Positions 48,205-57,300 of a stretch of 64,000 bases of DNA are shown one piece after another (positions within the stretch are counted from its first letter, which is position 1; every line of letters begins with the position of its first letter). The stretch is from Nitrosopumilus sp. GTDB taxonomy: Archaea > Thermoproteota > Nitrososphaeria > Nitrososphaerales > Nitrosopumilaceae. The position numbers and the translations under genes are program-made. The notes under the pieces are model-generated. The model was not told the DNA's origin and made no database searches. It worked only from the letters and a program-made list of their open reading frames with translations. The stretch lies in the NCBI GenBank assembly GCA_965204345.1, contig OZ241981.1, forward strand, positions 608,001-672,000, given 5' to 3'.

Positions 48205-50146
48205 TTTTAAACTCAATCTCCTTTTTTATCCGCTCAATTTTATCCCTGCACTCAATGGCACGCTCAAAGTCCAATTCAGCGGAGGATTTTGTCATTTGTG
48301 CCTCCAAGTCAATCATTTCAGTGTTGAGGTCATGCATTGATTTTAACTTTGAATCATCTAGGGCAACCTCCTGAGAAGGGACAGACTTTGTAATAGTCCT
48401 TGGAACAATATTGTGCCTTTTGTTATACTGCATCTGTTTTTCCCTACGGCGTTTGGTTTCATTGATGGCATTTTTCATGGACTGTGTAGTGCTATCAGCA
48501 TACATGATTACGGTTCCATTTGCATTTCTTGCAGCACGCCCGCAGGTCTGAATCAGGCTAGTAAAATTTCTCAAAAAACCCTCCTTGTCAGCATCTAAAA
48601 TTGCAACCAGTGAGACTTCGGGAATATCAAGGCCTTCCCTAAGAAGGTTAATTCCCACCAAGACATCAAATTCCCCCAAGCGCAACTGCCGAATTATCTC
48701 AGTTCTCTGCAGTCCCTCTATCTCCGAGTGCATGTATCTGACTCTGACCTGTTTTTTTGACAGGTATTCGGCCAGGTCTTCTGCCATGCGTTTGGTCAGG
48801 GTGGTCACCAGGACACGCTCAGAATTGGCAGATCTTTTGTTGATTTCTCTTATTAAATCATCCATTTGATCCCTGGTGGGCCTGACCTCAACTAAGGGAT
48901 CAAGCAGTCCAGTCGGCCTTACAAGCTGTTCGGCAATCTGGGATGAAATTTTTTTTTCATATTCTGCAGGAGTGGCAGATACAAAGATGGTATTTTGGAT
49001 GTATTCTTCAAACTCTTCAAATTTTAGTGGACGGTTATCAAATGCGCTTGGAAGCCTAAACCCATATGTGACCAGCTCATTTTTTCTGGAATGATCACCC
49101 TTGTACATTCCATGAAGCTGTGGCAGCGTAACATGGGATTCGTCAATTACCAAGAGATAGTCATCCCCAAAAAAATCCATAAGACAGAATGCCTTTTCTC
49201 CAGCTTTTCGTCCATCAAAATGCCTTGAATAGTTTTCAATGCCAGAGCAATATCCCAGCTCTTCAATCATCTCTAGATCATATTTTGTCCTCATCTCCAG
49301 TCTCTGCCTTTCTAGTTCGTTTAGTTTAGGCAGGCGGGATTTTAACTCAGATTTGATTGATTGGACTGCCTTTTTGCGGATATCTTTTGCAATGAGATAA
49401 TGTTTTGCAGGATAAATCTTCATTTGGGAAATTTTACGTTTTTCTTTTAATGAGACGTGGTCTAGCAGGGCAATCTTTTCTATTTCATCCCCGAACATGG
49501 AAATTCTGACTAAATCCTCAGAGTATGCAGGAGTTACAGTAATGGTATCCCCCTTTACCCTGAAATTTCCAGGAGCTACTTCAGTATCATTTCTTTCATA
49601 TCTGGCATCTATGAACTTTCTAATGATGTCACTTCTCTTTATTTGATCACCGGAATTAAGGGTAATTGCCAGGTCTTCCCAGTCTTTAGGGTTGCCAAGA
49701 GAATAGATACAGGATACGGTAGAGACGATGATTGTCGGCTCCCCAGAGAGCAGCATGGCAGTTGCCTCTAATCTTAATTTTTCAATTTGCTCATTGATTT
49801 GGGTATCCTTTTCAATATAGGTATCTGTTTGAGGCAGATAGCTTTCAGGCTGATAATAGTCGTAATAAGATACAAAATAGCCAACGTTATTTTTTGGAAA
49901 AAATTGTTTTAGTTCAGAATAAAGCTGTGCTGCAAGCGTCTTGTTGTGAGAGATTACCAGGGTATTTTTCCCGGTTCGTGCAATCACGTTTGCCACAGAA
50001 AAAGTCTTTCCGCTCCCAGTCACACCAAGCAAAGTCTGAACGGTTCCCTTCTTCACGCCAGAAACCAAGGCATCAATGGCCTGAGGCTGATCCCCGGTCG
50101 GGGAATAGCCAGACGTTAGCTCAAAGGCAGTAATCTGTTCCAACAA
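48191..50146 (-). CDS. uvrB: excinuclease ABC subunit B
   Basis: PTGDQP.AI, GVTGSGKT, FVSYYDYYQPE, DESH, GINLLREGLD, C-terminal UVR motif. Confidence 0.97.
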   Translation of the reverse strand: MLEQITAFELTSGYSPTGDQPQAIDALVSGVKKGTVQTLLGVTGSGKTFSVANVIARTGKNTLVISHNKTLAAQLYSELKQFFPKNNVGYFVSYYDYYQPESYLPQTDTYIEKDTQINEQIEKLRLEATAMLLSGEPTIIVSTVSCIYSLGNPKDWEDLAITLNSGDQIKRSDIIRKFIDARYERNDTEVAPGNFRVKGDTITVTPAYSEDLVRISMFGDEIEKIALLDHVSLKEKRKISQMKIYPAKHYLIAKDIRKKAVQSIKSELKSRLPKLNELERQRLEMRTKYDLEMIEELGYCSGIENYSRHFDGRKAGEKAFCLMDFFGDDYLLVIDESHVTLPQLHGMYKGDHSRKNELVTYGFRLPSAFDNRPLKFEEFEEYIQNTIFVSATPAEYEKKISSQIAEQLVRPTGLLDPLVEVRPTRDQMDDLIREINKRSANSERVLVTTLTKRMAEDLAEYLSKKQVRVRYMHSEIEGLQRTEIIRQLRLGEFDVLVGINLLREGLDIPEVSLVAILDADKEGFLRNFTSLIQTCGRAARNANGTVIMYADSTTQSMKNAINETKRRREKQMQYNKRHNIVPRTITKSVPSQEVALDDSKLKSMHDLNTEMIDLEAQMTKSSAELDFERAIECRDKIERIKKEIEFKNDRK

Positions 50147-50196
50147 AGTAAATCCCTAAAAACTGAATTTAAAGCAATGGTGATATCAAAAAAAGA

Positions 50197-50829
50197 TCAC
50201 CAGACGGGCTCATCAACCATATTTAGTCCTGTATCAGTTACCTCAAATCCCATAATTTTCAGAGTCTCTGATGCAGATGGGGAATTTCGCTTGAGGATCT
50301 TCTGAGCCAAGCGCAGTCGATCATCTGATCCTAGGTGCTGGCCAATCTTATATTTTCCATGAAGGGTTTTAGGAGTGATTTTGATCACAGATACGGCATC
50401 CAGGACGCGCATGTGGGATTCAAGTGGGTCATACTGTCCTTCAGGCTGATATTTCTCCATCAAGGCATTTAGTGCAAGGGTCTTTTCTTCTCTGTCAGAT
50501 ACAAGGGAGGATATGCCCTTGATTACAACGCTGATGTACAAGGTATCAGCCAGCGATGCATTATGGGGATCCTCAAAATAAGAGGGCAAGAACTCCAATT
50601 CTTTGTCGACTTCAAATCCCACCTTGTTGTCTCGGGAAATATTATCGAGTTTTTCTCCCCTTACATGAGAATGCATATAGACTGTATCATTAAGAAATAC
50701 AAAGTTCATGGGTATGATTTGGGGAAACCCGTTTTCATCTATGCTAGAGATGCGGCCAACGTGTTCCTGGTGTAAAAATTCCTTTACCTTCTCATGGGAT
50801 TTGATTTGAAGAATTCCGGTTAGCTGCAC
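50197..50829 (-). CDS. pyridoxamine 5'-phosphate oxidase-like (NimA-like) flavin-binding protein
   Basis: VGRIS....P.I.PMNFV....Y.HS...GEKLDNI....VGFEV...YISVVI.G. Confidence 0.8.
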   Translation of the reverse strand: MQLTGILQIKSHEKVKEFLHQEHVGRISSIDENGFPQIIPMNFVFLNDTVYMHSHVRGEKLDNISRDNKVGFEVDKELEFLPSYFEDPHNASLADTLYISVVIKGISSLVSDREEKTLALNALMEKYQPEGQYDPLESHMRVLDAVSVIKITPKTLHGKYKIGQHLGSDDRLRLAQKILKRNSPSASETLKIMGFEVTDTGLNMVDEPVW

Positions 50830-50906
50830 ACACTAGAGCAGGTAAAATAATATTATAAACCCTGATCAAAGAAACCTCTAAAACACACATCAGCCAAAAA
50901 AAATTT

Positions 50907-51131
50907 ATGGACGACCCATATCTTGACGAATTGCAAAAAGATTTCAAGGCATACTCTGATCAACTAAAGAAACTAAAAAAAAAGTTACTAAAAACAAGAT
51001 CAGGGGAGATGCAGGCAAAAATAATCAAGCAGGTTGACTCAATAGCAAAGAAGATGGAAAGGAATCAAAGACAGTCAGTCAAAGTGACAAAATCCAGAAT
51101 CAAACAAAGAAGAACAAGATCAAAGAAATAG
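50907..51131 (+). CDS. small basic coiled-coil hypothetical protein
   Basis: 74-aa Lys-rich ORF with ATG start. Confidence 0.55.
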   Translation: MDDPYLDELQKDFKAYSDQLKKLKKKLLKTRSGEMQAKIIKQVDSIAKKMERNQRQSVKVTKSRIKQRRTRSKK

Positions 51132-51343
51132 ACTGCTACTCTTCCTCATCTAGTTCTTTGGCCATTGCCTTAATTTCCAGAATTCGGCATTCTAATTCAT
51201 TGCATTTGGTTTTAAATTTATTGCCCATAAAACGACATTGCAAGAATAATCAAAAACAGGCAACATTCTAAAACTTGACTCTTATCATTCAAATTCTTCA
51301 TTAATGTAAATTGCTAAATTTAGGACCGTTCAAATGCAAAGAA

Positions 51344-51757
51344 ATGAGTAAATGTGATGAAGAGCGGGAGACGGCAACAAAGAAAATGCTTGATATTTTA
51401 GAAGAATGGGGATCAGAATCAAGATTCATCTGGTTTCGGGAACTGCACAGAATTACAGACATTGACAAAGGATTATTGCGAAACATTCTCAACGAACTAA
51501 AAAAATCAAAGGAAGTCAAAGAAATGCATGGGACAAACAACAGAATATTTTTTTGCCTAAGGAGGTACTATATCAAATGCAGGGACGTTGAATTTAGGTT
51601 CAAAGGAAAGGAGATCATGCTAAAGGATGGAAGCAAGACAAAGATTATTCAGGGCTCAACTAATGCAACAGAACGGACAAGAAAAAGACTGGAAAAACAA
51701 AAGAAAAAGCGCAGGGCCAAATCATTTACAAAGAACAAAAGGCCGCATAAATCATAG
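51344..51757 (+). CDS. hypothetical basic protein, winged-helix-like
   Basis: WFRELHRIT.IDKG.L..IL.EL....V.......Y/F pattern; ATG at 51344. Confidence 0.5.
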   Translation: MSKCDEERETATKKMLDILEEWGSESRFIWFRELHRITDIDKGLLRNILNELKKSKEVKEMHGTNNRIFFCLRRYYIKCRDVEFRFKGKEIMLKDGSKTKIIQGSTNATERTRKRLEKQKKKRRAKSFTKNKRPHKS

Positions 51758-51982
51758 AGAATTTTCAGCTTGTCTTCTAGTAAAATTAGACTCTGCACGT
51801 CTGAGTTTTGCAGAATCTGCAACATCTTCGGCCATATCATATAGGCTGTAAAGTTCCATGTCAGGAGTCAGCTCGTCTTCCTTTTGATCATCCAAATCAG
51901 ATTCAAAACCAGCTAAAACCTCAAGGTTTTCTTCTAAAAGATCAAGACATTTTTTTACAAGTTCGGAAAGATCTTCATCCAT
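51752..51982 (-). CDS. small acidic hypothetical protein
   Basis: 76-aa D/E-rich ORF with ATG start. Confidence 0.5.
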   Translation of the reverse strand: MDEDLSELVKKCLDLLEENLEVLAGFESDLDDQKEDELTPDMELYSLYDMAEDVADSAKLRRAESNFTRRQAENSL

Positions 51983-52039
51983 GATGACATGTAAAACAAG
52001 GCAAACTAAATTACTTGCTGTGCGTGATAGAAAACAACA

Positions 52040-53140
52040 TTATTGCCTGGCTTTTTCACGCAGCACAGGCATCACATGACTTGCAAATTTATCAATAGAG
52101 CCAAAGTAATTCTTGCCCCAGAATCTAATTACAAAGTGATTTACACCAGCATCCATGAATCTCTCAAATGTGGGAATTATATCCTCAGGTGTACCAACGG
52201 CAGTAGATGAGCGTGCTATTGCATCAGGAATTTTGGTTGCAGCCTCTCTCATCTTTACAATCCAACTTTGATCAGACATTGAATACTCTGTAAAGTACTT
52301 TACAAAATCAAACCCTTCAATTTCTTTTAGTCCATGAACCCTCAGAATTTCAGGCTTGAACAGACTTACTTTGACTGCTTCTTTCATTTTGGCCCAAGAG
52401 GCCTCTGCATCTTCGGAGAAATAAACATCAATATCTAATGCAAATTGGAAATTGTCCTTGTCTTCTTGGGTCCTGTTGTTTGCATCCATTGAAACTTCAA
52501 TCTGCTTTTTGTGATCTTCAAATAGCTCAGGGGTGTAACCTATTGGCAGCCACCCATCTCCAAGCTTGCCAGTCAGTGCAAGGGTACGCTTGCCGCCAGA
52601 TGCCATGTATGTGGGAGGATGCGGCTTTCTAATCGGAGGTGCCTGCAGACATGCGCCTTCAAGTTGATAGTATTTTCCCTTGTAATCCACAGTGTTATCA
52701 GGGTTGGATTTGTATAGCGTATGAATGGTTTCGATTTGCTCTGCCCATTTTGAAACGGGTTTTTCAAACGGAATGCAAAATTCTTTCAAGTTTTGAGCCT
52801 CGCCTGCACCAATTCCAAGTATGGCTCTTCCCTTAGAAACCCTATCAAGGGTAATTGCAGCCAATGCAATGTTTGAAGGATGTCTTCGGATTGCATCAGT
52901 GACACATGTTCCCAACTCGACATTGTTTGTTACAGCTGCAATTGCAGATAGCATAACCCAAGGATCAAGGACGGTTGCATTTTTCCATTGGGGGACATTT
53001 GTGTGATCCATATAAAAGATAGAATCATAGCCGGTTTTATCGGCAAGCATGCAGGCAGTTAGGATTTGATCCTCAGTATAGCCTGCCCTTGCAACGTTAA
53101 GACCGTTTTGAATACCAAATTTCAGCTTGTTTTGAGTCAA
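52040..53140 (-). CDS. LLM-class (luciferase-like, probably F420-dependent) oxidoreductase
   Basis: GYDSIF..DH, LDPW..LSAIA..T..VELGT.VT..RRHP, LDRVSKGR.ILGIGAG, GDGWLP. Confidence 0.9.
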   Translation of the reverse strand: MTQNKLKFGIQNGLNVARAGYTEDQILTACMLADKTGYDSIFYMDHTNVPQWKNATVLDPWVMLSAIAAVTNNVELGTCVTDAIRRHPSNIALAAITLDRVSKGRAILGIGAGEAQNLKEFCIPFEKPVSKWAEQIETIHTLYKSNPDNTVDYKGKYYQLEGACLQAPPIRKPHPPTYMASGGKRTLALTGKLGDGWLPIGYTPELFEDHKKQIEVSMDANNRTQEDKDNFQFALDIDVYFSEDAEASWAKMKEAVKVSLFKPEILRVHGLKEIEGFDFVKYFTEYSMSDQSWIVKMREAATKIPDAIARSSTAVGTPEDIIPTFERFMDAGVNHFVIRFWGKNYFGSIDKFASHVMPVLREKARQ

Positions 53141-53243
53141 GTATACTTACAACAAAGAGTAAGAGTAAATAAGTTTTCAAAACAGATGGTATACAGGCAA
53201 ACAGATAAACGAATTTCGTTAAAGGCGTGTAAAATTTTAAAAA

Positions 53244-54323
53244 TTAAACAACAAGAATGCCATTTTCAACTAGATATTTAATTCCGCTTACAAAAGAGTC
53301 ATCATCAATCTGCTCATCTGCCCACCAACCCGCATTATGTCGTATCCAGTCAGGGATTTTGGCATCAGAGACAGAATCCAAGCCCACAGCCATCTCAATA
53401 GTAGAATCTGGGAAATGACTGTCAAACCATTCTTTGTATGAGGGCTCATTGTAGTATCGATCAAGATAGTGTTGTGGTCCTTTAGAGACATCGACAAAAG
53501 AAAAGACACTGTCAGGGGAATATTCAGGCAGATCAGGAATTTCAACAAGACCGGCATCCATGCAATATTTTATTGCAGCAATAAACGTGGAATCATCAAT
53601 TAGGCCATCAGCCCAAAAACCGGCATTATCTTTTACCCAGGCAGGCAAATTTAGTTCGGAATTTTTTTGAAAAGATACCAATCCTGGAGAAGGGGGGTCC
53701 GAATCAATCTCTAGTGCGTTTTGAAAATAATTAGTCCAAGCAGAGCGATTATGATCCCACATGTTTACCACAATGGGACTTGCATCAAAATCAGAAGTAG
53801 GAGTAAAGCTAAATGTGAGTGCAATTACTTTTTCAGTTACAGGATCTCCATCAACAAAAGAGGTAACACTGACATCAGAGATTAGTTCTGAGCCATCAGA
53901 TACATAAAATGATTCAGTGCCATCAAGGGTCTGTTCCCAAACAATTTGAACATCAGAAACGGGTATTAGCTGTCCGCCAACGAATTCTTCATTCTGGCCA
54001 AGCATCAATTTTACTGTAGACAGATAAAATGCGCCAGAGTTTTCATAAATGTTTAGAGTGATTTGAAGAGGTTGGCCTATTGCCGCACTTTGTGTAGGAA
54101 TTTGTTGTGTATAATGATCAACAGTAAAAGATTCGTCATTGATTATTAGCCCATCAGATACACCCTGAACATAGTTTTCAATCAGTCCCATAGAAGGTGG
54201 AATGCAATCTCCAGAACAGCCTCCGCCCCTACCTCCTCCGCTACTGCCATGATCAGCAAAGACAGGTGTGGCATATATCAAAAATGACATTGAAAATAAG
54301 ATTACAATATAAGATAATTTCAT
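53244..54323 (-). CDS. secreted thaumarchaeal surface protein (CSGDC.PP domain plus two PxW...NAGxWA repeats)
   Basis: Signal peptide MKLSYIVILFSMSFLIYATPVFA; GGCSGDCIPPSMG; LPAWVKDNAGFWA and IPDWIRHNAGWWA; ATGA overlap with the upstream gene. Confidence 0.8.
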   Translation of the reverse strand: MKLSYIVILFSMSFLIYATPVFADHGSSGGGRGGGCSGDCIPPSMGLIENYVQGVSDGLIINDESFTVDHYTQQIPTQSAAIGQPLQITLNIYENSGAFYLSTVKLMLGQNEEFVGGQLIPVSDVQIVWEQTLDGTESFYVSDGSELISDVSVTSFVDGDPVTEKVIALTFSFTPTSDFDASPIVVNMWDHNRSAWTNYFQNALEIDSDPPSPGLVSFQKNSELNLPAWVKDNAGFWADGLIDDSTFIAAIKYCMDAGLVEIPDLPEYSPDSVFSFVDVSKGPQHYLDRYYNEPSYKEWFDSHFPDSTIEMAVGLDSVSDAKIPDWIRHNAGWWADEQIDDDSFVSGIKYLVENGILVV

Positions 54324-57300
54324 GATACAAACCAACTCAAAAGTTGTTCCAACAAGCCAACTGGCTTTTTCTCAATATTTAATTCTGCATCATCATTTAC
54401 AGTGACTTTGCAGTATCCATCAACTAATACTGTGCCAACCCCACAGGTGGGGGCAGGTTCAGGGGACTTGGATGCGTCGGATTTAAGAGTTGCAGCAACT
54501 TGACAGTATCCATCAACTAATACTGTGCCAACCCCACAGGTGGGGGCAGGTTCAGATGACTTGGATGCGTCGGATTTAGGAGTTGCAGCAACTTGACAGT
54601 ATCCATCAACTAATACTGTGCCAACCCCACAGGTGGGGGCAGGACCGGATGACTCAGATGCGTCGGATTTCAAAGCAGATTCTGGTACAGGTGGTTCAGA
54701 AGTCACGATGTTGGATTCTGGTACAGGTGGTTCAGAAGTCACGATGTTGGATTCTGGTACAGGTGGTTCAGAAGTCACGATGTTGGATTCTGGTACAGGT
54801 GGTTCAGAAGTCACGATGTTGGATTCTGGTACAGGTGGTTTTGGTTCCATAGATACAGATTCATGTACAAAGGGTTCAACCAAAGCGACAGATTCATCAT
54901 GCATTAAGGATTCCACGTTATGCAAAGACGTAGAAATTTCAAGAGGCTCAAATGGTTTAAGATATTGAGCATCATCTCTTAATGGAAATGGTTCATTAGA
55001 GCCAAAACAAGCGTTTTTGGGGATCTTTACCAAATGAGCAGTATAGAATCCCATATCAGATTTATCATATACAGTAACCCAAAACTTGTCAACGTCAAAA
55101 GGAATTATTGCATCAAATACACGATAGGTAAATCCTGCAGAAGCCACACTATCAATATAATTAAGATATGAAACATCCTCAGTTACATCAATTGTACGAA
55201 TAAGGTTGTTATCAGCATGAATATTGGTAAGAATTTCACCACGGGAAATAGAGGAAGAAGTGATAATCCTTGCGACGCCATCAGAATTGGCATCACATGT
55301 ATTGTACAAAATCAGACTGGGATTCAGCAAAGCACTCAGTCCACCACGGCCACCGCCACTATTACTACCGCCACTAAAAGGAGTGCTGCTAGGATTATCA
55401 ACCCAACTTCCAAACTGAGACAGGTGAGAAGTCCAAATGACTAGGGCATCATTAGCATAATCGTCAAAATGGCATTCTCTATTTGGACCAGTATTAGCAA
55501 TCACTACACCGTTAACATTAGGCGTGTTTGCATCATCGCATTCGGCGGCAATTTCAATTCGTTGTGCACCATTGCTATAGAATGCACGATTTCCAGCATC
55601 GCCCACAAGATTAATTTTTACGGGAATGTTTAGATCTAAAGCAATTCCAGGCACACCTAGTTCTATGCAGCTTATAGAATTCTCCCCGGCGTTAAAGCTA
55701 GTGGTACAGGAAGATGTAGATGAGGAAGGCAAGGTTAAGAGTCCATCAAAATCTATGGAATTTCCAGTAACTTGAAGGCCAGCCGGAAGTTCTACAGATA
55801 CTTTATCATCAGTATTGTTTGCAGATAAAACAGTTAATGCATTAGACAGAGTGATTCTTGTTTTTCCAACTTGGGGATTAGTAATAGTGGAACTAAGATC
55901 TAATTTAGATTCAACATCATCAGGAATTACAAGATCAGATAATTGAGAATCAGCAGTAATAGAGACCGTAGAAGATGTGGGTGAAACTTGTAGCGGAACA
56001 TTGCCTAGTGCATTGTCAACAGTGATACGGCTAGGTCCATCATAGGCAATTCCAAGCAAATCATGAATGCCAGAAAGAACCAAAGTTCCAGTAGAATTTA
56101 CGTTTGTCAAAGATAAAGCAGGCAGGTTAATTGTTACAAGCCCGTTTCCTAAGGGATCAACAGATGTGACATTAGATGTGATTGCTATTTGGGTACCAAC
56201 AGGCATTTCCAACATTGTGAAAGGAGCATTCGTAGAATAACTCAATGCTTTGTCAAACAAAAGCAAGATTTTGGTGTCAGAAACAGCTCTGGCAGATAAC
56301 AGCGAAGGGGGATCACAAACAGCATTATCATGACCATTAACCTCAATCTGTCCGCGAATCATCCTTTGATCAACACCAGCAGAAGCATTATGAATTTGAA
56401 AGTACAGATCACCATTACACAGTTCAGAATAGTAATCACTCAAAGTGTCACCAGCAGTTGGGCCAAGACTTACTGCATCAGATGCATCATCACCCCAAAT
56501 ACCAGAAACGACACGAGTTCCATTATTAATTATAACATCAGGATCATCAGATGGGAACAGTATGTTAAACGCATGATTTCCTGAAACATCCAAGTCAGTA
56601 CCGTTATGGACGTGGATTTTGTGTAAATCATCAGAAGTATTGTTCAAGGTTTGTTGTTTAGTAGTATCAACTCCGGTAAATTGTAATTCATAGTAAAGTT
56701 GATCATAGGCATCATTAAACCACATGCTTACTTTAGCCTCAGGATTAATACCTGAACCACCATGACGGTGGGTGTCTGCATTGTCATCGTGGGTGTCTGG
56801 TTCATCGTCGTGACCGTGGGTGTCTGGTTCATCGCCGTGACCGTGGGTGTCTGGTTCATCGTCGTGGTCGTGACCGGCAGGCTCATCATCGTGACCGTGG
56901 GTGTCTGGTTCATCGTCGTGACCGTGACCGGCAGGTTCATCGTCGTGGTCGTGGGTGTCTGGTTCATCGTCGTGACCGTGACCGGCAGGTTCATCGTCGT
57001 GGTCGTGGGTGTCTGGTTCATCGTCGTGACCGTGACCGGCAGGTTCATCATCGTGACCGTGGGTGTCTGGTTCATCGTCGTGACCATGGGTGTCTGGTTC
57101 ATCGTCGTGGTCGTGACCGGCAGGTTCATCGTCGTGGTCGTGACCGGCAGGTTCATCGTCGTGGTCGTGACCGGCAGGCTCATCGTCGTGGTCGTGACCG
57201 GCAGGCTCATCGTCGTGGTCGTGACCGGCAGGCTCATCGTCGTGGCAAGTATGGCTTGCACCCACAACAGCTCGAATTTGATAACATTCGTTTAATGTCG

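Noticed and set aside
51136-51228. 30-aa minus-strand ORF MGNKFKTKCNELECRILEIKAMAKELDEEE
   Set aside because: Plausible but too short to support without conservation or expression data.
56728-57295. Thr-rich and Val-rich alternative-frame ORFs over the His repeat
   Set aside because: Frame artefacts of a stop-free 27-nt repeat.
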